A program made the position numbers and the translations under genes. A stretch of 64,000 bases of DNA from the NCBI GenBank assembly GCA_023251915.1, contig JAHEXW010000002.1, positions 46,529 to 110,528 on the forward strand, given 5' to 3'. How positions within the stretch are numbered: the first letter of the stretch is position 1; every line of letters begins with the position of its first letter. The notes under the pieces were generated by a model, which saw only the letters and a list, made by a program, of their open reading frames with translations, was not told the DNA's origin and did not search any database. The DNA is from Actinomycetes bacterium. Lineage in GTDB: Bacteria > Actinomycetota > JAHEXW01. This document shows, in pieces, positions 25,501-36,926 of the stretch.

Positions 25501-28427
25501 AGTCCCGTGGCATCGGTTGCCTTGACCCGGACAGGATAGACACCGGGAGCTGTCCAAGCATGGGCCTGGGACATCGAAAATCCCGGATATTCTGCCCAGC
25601 TGGTCGTTGACGTACCATCGCCCCAGTCAAATACATATGTAACCCGATTCTGATCAGGGTCGTCACTTGTAGTTGTGTAGCCGACTAGTTCGCCCGTATA
25701 GGCATTGACGTAACCAGTCACAACAGGCACAGTTGGCGGATGATTGGCGGCAGCCACTGTTACGCTGGTCGGCGGACCCCAATCAGACGTCTGACCGTAT
25801 GAATCAGTCGCCTTGACCTTGATACTATAAGAACCCGTCGCCGTCCAGATATGCGAGGTGAAGGGGCAATAGTTGTAAGGGTAGTCACCAATCGACGTTG
25901 TCGTGCCGTCACCCCAGTCTATCGTGTACGAAATCTCGTCCTGGTCTGCATCGCCGCAGTTGCTAAGCGTAAAACGCGCTTCCACATCCGGCGCCGCGGT
26001 CGAACTGCCTTGCATGGCCGGTGCGTTGGGCAAGTTGTTCGCACCCGTTATTATCATCGACAGCGGATCAGACCAAGCCGAACTCTCGCCGTCAGCCGCC
26101 ACCGTCTTAACCCGAAGAGCGTACGTTCCCGCGGCGGCCCAGGTGTGCGACGTGCCCAGCGCCGACCCCATCCACCAGTCGACATTGTAAAAGGTAGTCG
26201 AGGTCTGCGGTGTACCGTCGCCCCAATCAAACACTAGTTTAAGATCCCTATAGAATAAGTCTTGCGCCCATGCAAAATAGTTCCTAGTAGTGTTGGGCGG
26301 CAAATGGGTTTTTCCGAACGGTGTACCGGGCGTGGTTATAGGCGCTCCGACGTCAATCTCGACCGGACTTGACCAAGACGACGTCTCGCCGTCCGCGTTT
26401 ACCGTACGCGCCTTTATGAAATAGGCGCCCGCGGCGGTCCAGGTATGGTCGGCCTGAACGAAATCGACGCTCATCATGTATTCGGAAAACGCATAGAGAC
26501 GCGTCGTTGTCGTCGTTCCGTCGCCCCAATCGATGACAACCCGGCACGGTTCCAGATTGTAATCCATCACCTGGAGACCATAATTGCAATATTGGTTGAC
26601 GCGCAGCCAGACACTGCCGGTTGTGAACATCGGCGGTTCCGGGGTCCGCGGAACAGTCACGTGAGCGACGGCAACGACATCGTGACCATCGAGATCGGTA
26701 ACCGTTAGTCTGAGTTCGTATATCCCGCCGGACAGGCCGGTCGCGTCCCATGATCCAAGGCTTCCATTGGAAACGGGTGTCGCCGAACTGGTGACCGTAT
26801 GCCAGGCGGCCGGGGTTGTTCCGGCGCCCCACTCCAGCTTGAAGGAGGCGAACCGAGGGCCGGTCGCCGTACCGGTAATCGCCACGACGTCTTTTGCGAC
26901 GCCGCTGTCCACGGGCGAAGAAATAGCGGCTTTTGTCTGGCCGGCCTGCAACGCGGCTGCGGCGTTGATTCGGCCGTAGCCATAATATTGGTCCCAACCG
27001 GGGGCTCCCTTGTCATCTGCGGTTTGTTCAATCATGTATTGCAGGTCGGCGGGGCTCGCGTCCGGATAGCGGCTTTTCAACAGCGCCGCGACGCCGGATA
27101 CGCTGGGGCAGGCCATTGAGGTGCCGGACAACGTTCCATAGCCGTGGTTATCTCCTAAGGAAGAAGTCTCAAATGTCGGCAACGTCGAATAGATGCGGGA
27201 GCCGGGGGCTGCGACATCAACGAACGGCCCGAAATTAGAGTAGCTGGCCCTGGTGTCGTTGTGGTCGGTCGCGGCGACAGTCAACACATTCTCCAAATCT
27301 GCCGGGTAGAAAAGACCCTCGCTATTTTCGTTACCGGCCGCGCCCACTACCAGACAGCCCGCGCCCGTCGCATCGTTTACGGCGTCCTGCAGCGCTTGGC
27401 TGTAACCGCCGCCGCCCCAGCTGTTGTTGATGATGTCAGCGCCATGTGCTTGCGCATAACGAATCGCTTTGACCGCGTCGGACGTCAGCCCGCTGCCATT
27501 CCACTCTAGGAACTTAAGCGGCATGATCTTGACGTTCCAGTTCACGCCGGTGATGCCAAACCCGTTATTACCGCAAGCGCCGATGATGCCGGACACGTGG
27601 GTGCCGTGCCCGTGGTCGTCCAGGGGGTCCGCGCAAACTGTCTTGTACAGTACGGGGTCCGCCCAGCCGTAGGCGAAACACCAACCTCTAACGTCATCGA
27701 TATAACCGTCGTGGTCATCATCAAGATTATTCGTCGCCATATCACGACCCTGCGCGTCGATTCCCATTTCGCCGGCGTTGGTCCAAACGTTACCGGCTAG
27801 ATCGGTATGGGTGTAGTCAATGCCGGTGTCGATTACGGCAACTATGACGTCCGTGCTGCCGGTCGTAGTATCCCAAGCCGTCGTGGCCTTAATATCGGCG
27901 CCGCTCGTCCCGCCCGTCTGACCGGTATTCTTTAAGTTCCAGAGCTTGCTGAAATCGGTGTCGCTGGGTATCGTTTCGCAAGTATGGACGACGTAGTCCG
28001 GCTCGGCATAAGCGACTGTCGGGGATTGTTTTAACGTCGCATCGGCCTGCTTAACGCTGGTTCCCTTTTTCAAGTGAACAATAGCTACGTCGCTGTCGCC
28101 GATTGTTTCTTCGATTTTGCCGATCGGTGCTACAGCGGCGGCGATTTCAGCCTCGCTGGCGGACGACTTAAAACTAACAATGATTTGGTCAGATTTGTAC
28201 TCTACGTCTGTGTCCTTGATAACCGCGTTTCCGCTTAGAGAAATTCTGGCTGCAGACGGGGTTGCCCGAGAGTCAAGCACTGGCTTTTGTGGCAAGTCGG
28301 GAGAGGCGGATTGCCGATTGCGCAATTCCGTGAGGCGAGTCGGCGCGGCCTGAGGTTTGCCGGACAGCACAATAAGGATGGCTAAAACAGAAGCGACTGC
28401 TCCAAAAAATACTATCGTCCGCCGCAC
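22515..28427 (-). CDS. Secreted S8 subtilisin-like serine peptidase carrying 14 tandem PKD-like domains (1970 aa)
   Basis: Signal peptide, a probable I9 inhibitor propeptide, and the catalytic triad DTGID (D200), HGTHVSG (H275), GTSMACP (S436). Then 14 repeats of about 93 aa, each built around [YF]xFDWGDGT. Confidence 0.85.
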   Translation of the reverse strand: MRRTIVFFGAVASVLAILIVLSGKPQAAPTRLTELRNRQSASPDLPQKPVLDSRATPSAARISLSGNAVIKDTDVEYKSDQIIVSFKSSASEAEIAAAVAPIGKIEETIGDSDVAIVHLKKGTSVKQADATLKQSPTVAYAEPDYVVHTCETIPSDTDFSKLWNLKNTGQTGGTSGADIKATTAWDTTTGSTDVIVAVIDTGIDYTHTDLAGNVWTNAGEMGIDAQGRDMATNNLDDDHDGYIDDVRGWCFAYGWADPVLYKTVCADPLDDHGHGTHVSGIIGACGNNGFGITGVNWNVKIMPLKFLEWNGSGLTSDAVKAIRYAQAHGADIINNSWGGGGYSQALQDAVNDATGAGCLVVGAAGNENSEGLFYPADLENVLTVAATDHNDTRASYSNFGPFVDVAAPGSRIYSTLPTFETSSLGDNHGYGTLSGTSMACPSVSGVAALLKSRYPDASPADLQYMIEQTADDKGAPGWDQYYGYGRINAAAALQAGQTKAAISSPVDSGVAKDVVAITGTATGPRFASFKLEWGAGTTPAAWHTVTSSATPVSNGSLGSWDATGLSGGIYELRLTVTDLDGHDVVAVAHVTVPRTPEPPMFTTGSVWLRVNQYCNYGLQVMDYNLEPCRVVIDWGDGTTTTTRLYAFSEYMMSVDFVQADHTWTAAGAYFIKARTVNADGETSSWSSPVEIDVGAPITTPGTPFGKTHLPPNTTRNYFAWAQDLFYRDLKLVFDWGDGTPQTSTTFYNVDWWMGSALGTSHTWAAAGTYALRVKTVAADGESSAWSDPLSMIITGANNLPNAPAMQGSSTAAPDVEARFTLSNCGDADQDEISYTIDWGDGTTTSIGDYPYNYCPFTSHIWTATGSYSIKVKATDSYGQTSDWGPPTSVTVAAANHPPTVPVVTGYVNAYTGELVGYTTTSDDPDQNRVTYVFDWGDGTSTTSWAEYPGFSMSQAHAWTAPGVYPVRVKATDATGLVSAWSAATWVTVRLEAPPAPGIPELDQYWITTYFKGVSVNFSTATTDGAGRPMTYVFDWGDGTTDTSFQTYSGGTVTLAHTWTAPGLFQVKAKAITQDGRVSAWSNVNEIHIIDHGPTAPAALQGDIRVGQNLTGSFNTSSSDPEGDQIQYTFDWGDGTTSKTGWLGSGSTAAATHTWTTKGTYTVRLRAMDQFGARSTISTATVYVFPADNVAPVKPATPSGTASMYTATPATYTSSTTDGNVDQLIYTFDWGDGTTTDTNALASGAAASASHSWPASGVYAVKVKATDIYNTASVWSSTLSVTILTRAPGTPSNLSGTSAATVGLEYSYRARSSDPEHQDIQYLFDWGDGTTTTTRYYAYWEYSSNIYGTATHVWPAGGAYLVKVKAIDSTGAASGWCSSLNITAHDSTPLTPAKPQGPLAVELGASGSFSAVTTDPDNHRVKYVFDWGDGGTDESALLASGGVGATLSHTWNLGGTYQVKVRAVDELGVTSGWSPPASVFINQAPMPPASAGGPSLGITGQSYSFNTAGYDPDDDRLAFTFDWGDGTTSTSESVESRTEVSMSHAWASAGLFTIKIRSTDVWGLSSGWAMEDTVIQICGAPDVPQAPSGSASVLFGQSVGYAAASRDPAGRNVCYTFDWGDGTTETTAAVSSGTLVSVPHIWQRITAAATEEYDVRVRAANDLGAVSVWSQPKRVAVRNELPGVPARPDGPVSANPGDELTYTTVAQDANGDSLTYVFDWGDGTTSETAGVSSGATASLSHHWPTGGEFAVKVRVGDASTDGWTGWSEALTVGINHAPGIPNIVGGPTGFAKRPVSVSALATDLDGDGVGYTFDWGDGTSGSTGTSPSGMAGEITHIWNEVGVYTVLVKATDARGAKSETSLPLRITINQTPLPVPLTPTGPAAVVCNTRATYTAVLANRLIFEPIRFVFAWGDGSTTTTRFYTTAEIFNMWPAIETHTWSLAGNYETKVETVVANGTVSGWSQPTVVTVR
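22518..26630 (-). repeat. Coding tandem repeat array (about 280 nt period) encoding the PKD domains of the S8 peptidase
   Basis: Fourteen recurrences of the FDWGDGTT-encoding unit at roughly 93-codon spacing. The DNA copies are divergent. Confidence 0.6.
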
Positions 28428-28910
28428 GCTTGTCTCCTCATGGGTTTGATATGTTTCGAGACATGGCTGAAAATAAAAAAGCGGCGCCGCGTCTCATGCA
28501 AGACATGAGTTTCGGGGCCGGTCTCATAGATGTAAGGTAAGGTCTTAAGAATTCTCTGGTGTTCGAGTCTTCCAACAGGTTCCTTCGCTTGTCCTCGAGT
28601 GTCAATCCTTCTATATGCGCGTCGGACGACCACTCAACAAGAAACGAAGCTACGACTGTGGAAGTATGGTTAGAATAGCACCTGGCCAGCTGGTTGTCAA
28701 TTGCTCCACCGGACCGCAGACACTGGCAAATGACTTAAACGACCGACACTGGCCTGACGCCGTAGCGTACACCAGTCGACTCCTTAGACGACGAGGTTGT
28801 TGGGGGTGGTGCGACTGGGGGGACCCCCGGAGCGGGCGCAGGCCGCCAATCGGCGAGCACGAAATGGGGGAAGTCTGTCGCGACAGGACCCGCAATAAAC
28901 GAGGAGTCAC

Positions 28911-28996
<86 letters not shown>

Positions 28997-29134
28997 TGAT
29001 TAGTTCACAGTTGCTTGTTCGTTGTTCATAGGTAAACCCAAAACCTACATCGATTATTCTAACCCAACAGACAGCTGACCCGACCATGAACTATTACTTC
29101 GGCCTACCAACGACGAACCATGAGCTACAAACCA

Positions 29135-30100
29135 TCAACTACCAGCAATCACGCCGTGCTCGGCGGCCAACGACAGCAGGACGCCGTCCAGGATGTCACT
29201 TTCGCTGACCGTCAGACGGTCGGCATGCGCCGCTTCCAAGACGGCCGCAGTTATCACGGTCCCGGCAATTATGACGTCCGCGCGTTTCGGCTCCAGGCCC
29301 GGTAAAGAAGAGCGTTCCGCTAGAGGCATAGACAGCAATAGTTCGAGAACACGATTTACTGCTGCCCCGGTAAGAGTTGAAAGATGAATGGCTTCCGGCG
29401 CGTACGTATCGAGTTGCATGTCAACCGCCTGAATCGTGGTGACAGTACCCGCTACGCCGATGACGACCAATCCTTCCAGCTGGGGTTTTACCTCACGCAA
29501 ACCCGTTGCCACTTGCTGCGCGACATGCCGGCCAATGGCTGTCATCTCTTTAGGCGTCGGCGGGTCATGTCTGACAAACTGTTCCGTAAGCCGGACGCTG
29601 CCGATGTTCAGGCTCCGGGCGGCAATCATGCGCCGGCCGGAACCGGTAATCAGTTCCGTAGAACCGCCGCCGACATCGAATACCAAAACTGGCGTGTCGG
29701 GATTGCTGAACGGATAATCAGCCGTCGCGCCCAGCCAGGCCAGTTCAGCTTCCGTTAGACCGTCGATTATTTCCAGTTCAACATCCAATATCTGACGAGC
29801 CGCATCAGCAAACTCCCGGCTGTCGGCGGCGTCACGGGCGGCGCTGGTAGCAATGACTCGCGTAGCTTCAACGCCTAGTCGCCCCGTTTCGTCTGCGTAG
29901 GCTCCAAGCGTCTCCAGAGTCCGGACAACCGCTTCCGGGCGAAAAGACCCCGATTCTCCGACTCCCTGACCCAAACGTGTGATAGATGTTCGCCGCGCGA
30001 TATCGTGTCGGCGCCCAGCGGCGTCAAAATCAGCGACGAGCAGACGAACTGTATTAGTGCCAATGTCGATCGCGGCCAACCTCAGTCTGCTCACCTCCAA
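29135..30100 (-). CDS. ppx: Exopolyphosphatase / guanosine pentaphosphate phosphohydrolase (Ppx/GppA family)
   Basis: Begins LAAIDIGTNTVRLLV and contains VFDVGGGSTE, the actin-like ATPase fold of Ppx/GppA. TTG start. Confidence 0.85.
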   Translation of the reverse strand: MEVSRLRLAAIDIGTNTVRLLVADFDAAGRRHDIARRTSITRLGQGVGESGSFRPEAVVRTLETLGAYADETGRLGVEATRVIATSAARDAADSREFADAARQILDVELEIIDGLTEAELAWLGATADYPFSNPDTPVLVFDVGGGSTELITGSGRRMIAARSLNIGSVRLTEQFVRHDPPTPKEMTAIGRHVAQQVATGLREVKPQLEGLVVIGVAGTVTTIQAVDMQLDTYAPEAIHLSTLTGAAVNRVLELLLSMPLAERSSLPGLEPKRADVIIAGTVITAAVLEAAHADRLTVSESDILDGVLLSLAAEHGVIAGS

Positions 30101-30106
30101 TAATCT

Positions 30107-30132
30107 CTATTGTCCAATTAATTGGACAATAG
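30107..30132. promoter_or_regulatory. Perfect 26-bp palindrome CTATTGTCCAATTAATTGGACAATAG (putative operator), 7 nt upstream of the ppx start
   Basis: Read directly. The sequence equals its own reverse complement. It shares a 20-bp core, TTGTCCAATTAATTGGACAA, with the second palindrome. Confidence 0.6.
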
Positions 30133-30181
30133 ACAAACGGCACAATCACTAGTGCTCTTGGGCTTCTCAAATATGACTTGT

Positions 30182-30209
30182 CCAGTTGTCCAATTAATTG
30201 GACAACTGG
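30182..30209. promoter_or_regulatory. Perfect 28-bp palindrome CCAGTTGTCCAATTAATTGGACAACTGG (putative operator), second copy 76 bp from the first
   Basis: Read directly. Perfect inverted repeat. It overlaps the last codons and the stop of the ftsB-like ORF. Confidence 0.6.
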
Positions 30210-30613
30210 GCGAACAGTGATTTTATATACTCCACGACTTGTTCATACCAGGGCTGCTGTTTCGGCTTGGCAGTCGATTTCTTGGCGGTTTTCGCCGACG
30301 GTGCGGCAGCTTTGGGGGCCTCTTGCTTGGGCGGAACAATCATATACGGTTCCTCGCCGGGCTTGATAAGCCCGAGGCGCAAGCGAGCTTGCTCTTCGAT
30401 ATAGGCGTCTGTATTCAGGCGATCTGTTTCTTCCCGGAGCGTTTTGTTTTCGTCCTTAACGGAATCGAGAGTTCGTTGCAAGTCCGCGATGCGCGCCCGC
30501 TGTTGCAGAACCTGCCGAGCCGGAGCGATGGTCAGAAAGAGCAGGCCTGCCGCTAGTATCAGCAATACCGCACCCTTCCAAGTTAAACGTCCCCGCTGCG
30601 CCTTCGCTGCCAT
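30194..30613 (-). CDS. ftsB: Septum formation initiator FtsB/DivIC family protein
   Basis: N-terminal transmembrane helix, a coiled-coil (LQQRARIADLQRTLDSVKDENKTLREETDRL) and a C-terminal Pro/Ala/Lys-rich tail. Located after mazG, as divIC is in Bacillus. Confidence 0.7.
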   Translation of the reverse strand: MAAKAQRGRLTWKGAVLLILAAGLLFLTIAPARQVLQQRARIADLQRTLDSVKDENKTLREETDRLNTDAYIEEQARLRLGLIKPGEEPYMIVPPKQEAPKAAAPSAKTAKKSTAKPKQQPWYEQVVEYIKSLFAQLSN

Positions 30614-30628
30614 CGTTGTAGTCCGCTC

Positions 30629-32721
<2,093 letters not shown>

Positions 32722-32766
32722 ACGAAAAGGGGCGAACCATCTTTTGAATGGCTCGCCCCTCTATAT
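32722..32766 (-). terminator. Rho-independent terminator after the prsA-like gene
   Basis: Minus-strand RNA: GAGGGGCGAGCCAUUCAAAAGAUGGUUCGCCCCUUUUCGUUUG. Confidence 0.6.
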
Positions 32767-32803
32767 TACTTGATGCGCGTCGTGGTTTGGCGCGCGTTAT
32801 GCC

Positions 32804-33745
32804 TTAGATATACTTAACTATCTTCGCTTTCTTCTTCACGCCGTCCAGCCAGGTCTTGATCTTGGCGCTTTCCTTCTGGCTCTTCAGCATCTGCTCGATG
32901 GAAGCCTTTGATTCGTCGAAAGTCTTTTGCTTCTCGGGAGTCTTGTCGAAGACCTTGATCACATGATAACCAAACTGGGTCTTGACCGGCGCCTGAGTAT
33001 ATTGGCCGACCGCTAAAGCGAAGGCGGCCGTTTCGAACTCGGCTGCCATGACGCCCTTCTGGACGTAGCCCAGATCGCCGCCGCTGGCTTTGGTCGACGG
33101 ATCAGTCGACTCGGCCTTGGCTAACTCGGCGAAGTCAGCGCCGTTGTTCAGTTTGGTGATGGCCTCTTGAGCCTTCTGTAAACCGGCGGCGTCGCCCGGA
33201 TACAAGATATGAGAGACTTTGATCTTTTCCGGGTCTTTAAACTGGGCGGTATTCTTGTCGTAGTAGTCTTTGATCTCTTTGGCCGTAACCGCTATCGTTC
33301 CCACGACCTTCTTGTTGACGGCGTCCGTGATCATACGATTTTTCGTGAAATCACGCAGATCCTGCATGGTCATGCCGGCGTCTTTCAAGGCTTTGTCGAA
33401 GTCTTTTTGCGACGGGAAACGCTTGACTGTCGCGGTGACTTCCTTTTCCACCTGGGCATCGGTGACCTTGATGTTAAGCTTGGCGCCTTCCTGATTATAA
33501 ATCTCCTCGTCAATCAACAAGTCGAGGATCTGTTTCTGAATTTGGGCTTTTTGTTTCTTGAACGCCGCTTCCTGTTCAGCCGTCTTATGCTGTTTGGTGA
33601 TCCGATCCATCTGCTTGTCGACCGCAGATTGGTAGATAGGCGTACCGTTCACCGTCGCGGCTTTCTTTGCGAACAGGTTACAGCCGACGGTCGCGAACGC
33701 GAATAAACCGAGTATCGCGAGGGCGGCTACTTTCTTAAGACTCAT
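32804..33745 (-). CDS. prsA: Parvulin-type peptidyl-prolyl isomerase lipoprotein (PrsA/SurA-like foldase)
   Basis: Lipoprotein signal (ATVGC). Parvulin domain with SHILYPGD and FGYHVIKV. Confidence 0.8.
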   Translation of the reverse strand: MSLKKVAALAILGLFAFATVGCNLFAKKAATVNGTPIYQSAVDKQMDRITKQHKTAEQEAAFKKQKAQIQKQILDLLIDEEIYNQEGAKLNIKVTDAQVEKEVTATVKRFPSQKDFDKALKDAGMTMQDLRDFTKNRMITDAVNKKVVGTIAVTAKEIKDYYDKNTAQFKDPEKIKVSHILYPGDAAGLQKAQEAITKLNNGADFAELAKAESTDPSTKASGGDLGYVQKGVMAAEFETAAFALAVGQYTQAPVKTQFGYHVIKVFDKTPEKQKTFDESKASIEQMLKSQKESAKIKTWLDGVKKKAKIVKYI

Positions 33746-36700
33746 CTGACTCCTCCTTTGGGGACTTTTGCAAATCGTTCGTAATTATAACATACAGCAC
33801 TTCGTGCAACAAAGAGACTATCTCGCCCGTGGCCGGCATATGGACAAATAAAGCCCGTTCAGCCGCCTTATAGCGAAGACGGCGACCGAATCTGACGAGA
33901 GCTGCGCCGACCCCCGCTGAATCGCTCACTGGCGCGAGACGCACGCGATTTGGTTCGGCCGTGATCCTGTTTAAGCCGATCCCGGCGGCCAGCACTTTCA
34001 GCCTCGCGACAGCCAGCAGAGATTCGACTTCAGCCGGCGGCGGACCGAACCGGTCGTTGAATTCCGCCCCCACGCGAGTCGCTTCCGCGTCGCTGGTAAC
34101 CAAAGCGACCTTGCGGTACATATCGATCCGCAAACCTTCATCGGCCACATATTCGGTCGGAATGAAGGCCGCAACGGGCAAGTTTATCCGCACGTCGGAC
34201 CGTTTGACTGACGGTTCGCCCTTGAGGTCCGCGACAGCCTCGGCCAACAAACTGGCATAAAGTTCGAACCCGACCTCGTTGATAAAGCCGTGCTGTTCAC
34301 CGCCCAGCAGATTTCCGGCGCCGCGAATCTCCAAGTCGCGCAGAGCGATCCGGAAACCGCTCCCCAGCTCCGTGAACTCGGCGATTGTTTTCAAGCGTCT
34401 GATCTGAGTGGGCGTTAAGGAGCCGCCCGGCGGATAGAGAAATAGGGCATAGGCCCGGCGATCCGAACGTCCCACCCGGCCGCGCAGCTGATAGAGCTGC
34501 GATAAGCCAAGGCGATCCGCGCGATCAACAATCAAGGTATTGACGTTGGGCATATCCAAGCCGGATTCAATGATGGTCGTCGATACCAGCACGTTAAAGC
34601 GCCGTTCGGCGAAATCATCCATCACCTTTTCCAAGCCGCGTTCCGACATTTGGCCGTGCGAGACACCAACGGTTACCCCCGGCGCCAACCGCCTGATGCG
34701 TTCGGCGATGAAATCGATCGAGTCGACCCTGTTATGCACGAAAAAGACCTGACCGCCCCGATTTACCTCGCGTTCAATAGCCCGGGCGATAAGTGCGTCA
34801 TCATATTCTTTGACAGCCGTAACCACGGGAAACCTGTCTTCGGGCGCCGTCTCGATCACGCTCATGTCGCGAGCCCCGGTCAAAGCGAGATTCAACGTTC
34901 GCGGAATCGGCGTTGCGCTAAGGGTTAAGACGTCGACATTCAAGCGCAACGTCTTGAGAAACTCCTTGTGCCTTACCCCGAAGCGTTGTTCCTCGTCAAT
35001 AACGAAAAGGCCGAGATCAATGAAGGCGACGTCTTTTTGCAACAACCGGTGCGTGCCGATCACCACGTCTACCGCGCCGGCCGCAACGGCGTGTAGGACC
35101 GCGGCTTGCGCCGCTCCGCTGTGCAGCCGGGACAATACCTCGACTCGAACCGGGAATTCCTTGAACCTCTCGCGGAACGTCGCGGCATGCTGCTCGGCCA
35201 GCAAAGTCGTCGGAACAAGCACCGCCGCCTGCCGGCCGTCCATGACGGCTTTAAAGACGGCTCGGACCGCGACTTCCGTTTTTCCGTACCCCACGTCACC
35301 GCAGATCAGGCGATCCATCGGTTGCAACGACTCCATATCGTGTTTGACATCGGCAATTGCCGTGGCCTGGTCAGGCGTCTCGATAAACGGGAAGGAGTTT
35401 TCCAGCTCTCTCTGCCAGGGCGTATCAGGCGGAAAGGCATGGCCAATGGCATCGCGACGGGCTTGATATAGACGCACCAGCTCGGCCGCCAGTTTGGCCG
35501 CCGACGCCTTGACTTTCCGTTTGGCGTTTTGCCACCGCTTCGCGCCCAACCGGTCAATCTTGGGACTGACCCCTTCGCCGCCAATGTAGCGTTGAATCAA
35601 TCCGATTTGATCGGAAGGAATGAACAGCTTGTCACCGCCGGCGTATTCGATAACCAGGAAGTCCCGCCTGATGCCGTCGACATCCTTTTGAACCAAACCG
35701 CCGTAGCGCCCGATCCCATGATATATGTGGACAACCAGGTCCCCGACCCGCAGGTCCATCATGTCGAAGAAAGAACGGGTGCGGGACTGACGCGTTTGGC
35801 GGAGCTCCCGCTTCAAGCCGAACATGTCCGCCTCGGCAATCACGGCCAGGCCTAGGTCTGGAAGGACGAAACCCGCCCGGACAAACCCCTCGACTACCTC
35901 GATCGATGGACCGGCCGTCCCCCATTCTCGCAGCAGTTCGCTCAAGCGTTCCCGCCGGCCGCGTCCTTCGGCGGCGATCAGGATCGTTGTGCCGGCCCCC
36001 GCCAGTTCGCTGAGATAGTTCTTGATGAGATCAAAATCGACTCGTCCGTCAGTCCCGCTAAAAACAGGGTGCGCCGTGACTCGCCAAGGGCTTTCCTGTG
36101 GGTCCAGGCTGGAGACGGCCAGTGCCCCTGCAGCAAAGAAGCTATCGGGCCAGGCGGCCGGCTCGTCAGCCACAACAACCGCTCGACCGCGGGCATAGTC
36201 GAATATGTCGATATCGGCGGCAGCCGGACGCGCGGCCTCGATGACGGGATAGAGAAAGATCGACGTTATGTTTCCAGTCGAGAGCTGATCCACTAAGCTG
36301 AAAGTACGCAGCTCCTCAACGGTGTCGGCATCGAAGACGGCGCGTGCAGGTTCCGGCACGCCGGGTCCGAAGACGTCGACGATGCCGCCCCGAACGCTGA
36401 ATTCACCTCTGTCCTCCACTTCATAGACACGGCGATAGCCGAACTCAACCAGCGTTTCAATTAGCGCGTCGAACCCGATGTCCTGATTCAGAGAGAGCCT
36501 GAGCAATCGCCCGCCCGCTGTTTCTAGGGGCGGCAGTTGTTCTAATGTAGCGGCGGCATGCGTGACGATAATAGCCGGTTCGCCTGCGGCGAGGGCGGCC
36601 AGGGCTTTGGCGCGTCGGCCGGCGGCCTCCGGGTCAATGGCGGCCTCGGCTGAGGTGGAATCGGGACGGGACGGTAGCAGGAGCGGCGCCTCCAAGGAGA

Positions 36701-36926
36701 AGGCTTCTATGTCCCGCGCCACATCGGCTGCGTCTTCCGGGCCCGGAGCGATGATTAAGAGTGGCCGCGGGGCGGCCGCGGCGAGAGCTGCGTAAAAACA
36801 TGGTTTTAACTGACCGGGAACGGCGATTGCCCGGCTCGCGTCGCCGCTAAAGAGATGGTCGGCCGGAAAAGTCGCCTGCCAGGCGGGAGTTGCCGCCAGC
36901 GCGGCCGGCAGATCCGTCAGGTTCAT
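33735..36926 (-). CDS. mfd: Transcription-repair coupling factor Mfd
   Basis: 1063 aa. UvrB-homology N-terminus, CarD/RNAP-interaction domain (FLVIEYAGGDKLFIP), DEAD/DEAH helicase motifs (GDVGYGKTEVAVRA, DEEQRFG) and a TRCF C-terminal domain. Confidence 0.93.
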   Translation of the reverse strand: MNLTDLPAALAATPAWQATFPADHLFSGDASRAIAVPGQLKPCFYAALAAAAPRPLLIIAPGPEDAADVARDIEAFSLEAPLLLPSRPDSTSAEAAIDPEAAGRRAKALAALAAGEPAIIVTHAAATLEQLPPLETAGGRLLRLSLNQDIGFDALIETLVEFGYRRVYEVEDRGEFSVRGGIVDVFGPGVPEPARAVFDADTVEELRTFSLVDQLSTGNITSIFLYPVIEAARPAAADIDIFDYARGRAVVVADEPAAWPDSFFAAGALAVSSLDPQESPWRVTAHPVFSGTDGRVDFDLIKNYLSELAGAGTTILIAAEGRGRRERLSELLREWGTAGPSIEVVEGFVRAGFVLPDLGLAVIAEADMFGLKRELRQTRQSRTRSFFDMMDLRVGDLVVHIYHGIGRYGGLVQKDVDGIRRDFLVIEYAGGDKLFIPSDQIGLIQRYIGGEGVSPKIDRLGAKRWQNAKRKVKASAAKLAAELVRLYQARRDAIGHAFPPDTPWQRELENSFPFIETPDQATAIADVKHDMESLQPMDRLICGDVGYGKTEVAVRAVFKAVMDGRQAAVLVPTTLLAEQHAATFRERFKEFPVRVEVLSRLHSGAAQAAVLHAVAAGAVDVVIGTHRLLQKDVAFIDLGLFVIDEEQRFGVRHKEFLKTLRLNVDVLTLSATPIPRTLNLALTGARDMSVIETAPEDRFPVVTAVKEYDDALIARAIEREVNRGGQVFFVHNRVDSIDFIAERIRRLAPGVTVGVSHGQMSERGLEKVMDDFAERRFNVLVSTTIIESGLDMPNVNTLIVDRADRLGLSQLYQLRGRVGRSDRRAYALFLYPPGGSLTPTQIRRLKTIAEFTELGSGFRIALRDLEIRGAGNLLGGEQHGFINEVGFELYASLLAEAVADLKGEPSVKRSDVRINLPVAAFIPTEYVADEGLRIDMYRKVALVTSDAEATRVGAEFNDRFGPPPAEVESLLAVARLKVLAAGIGLNRITAEPNRVRLAPVSDSAGVGAALVRFGRRLRYKAAERALFVHMPATGEIVSLLHEVLYVIITNDLQKSPKEESDES

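Noticed and set aside
22518-26630. Possible CRISPR-like or non-coding tandem repeat
   Set aside because: The periodicity is about 280 nt and lies inside one continuous ORF encoding PKD domains. There are no short direct repeats with unique spacers and no cas genes.
26353-26997. 214-aa Arg-rich minus-strand ORF and several other ORFs of 60-130 aa inside 22.5-28.4 kb
   Set aside because: They are out-of-frame or antisense readings within the 1970-aa S8-PKD gene, whose frame is continuous and domain-rich.
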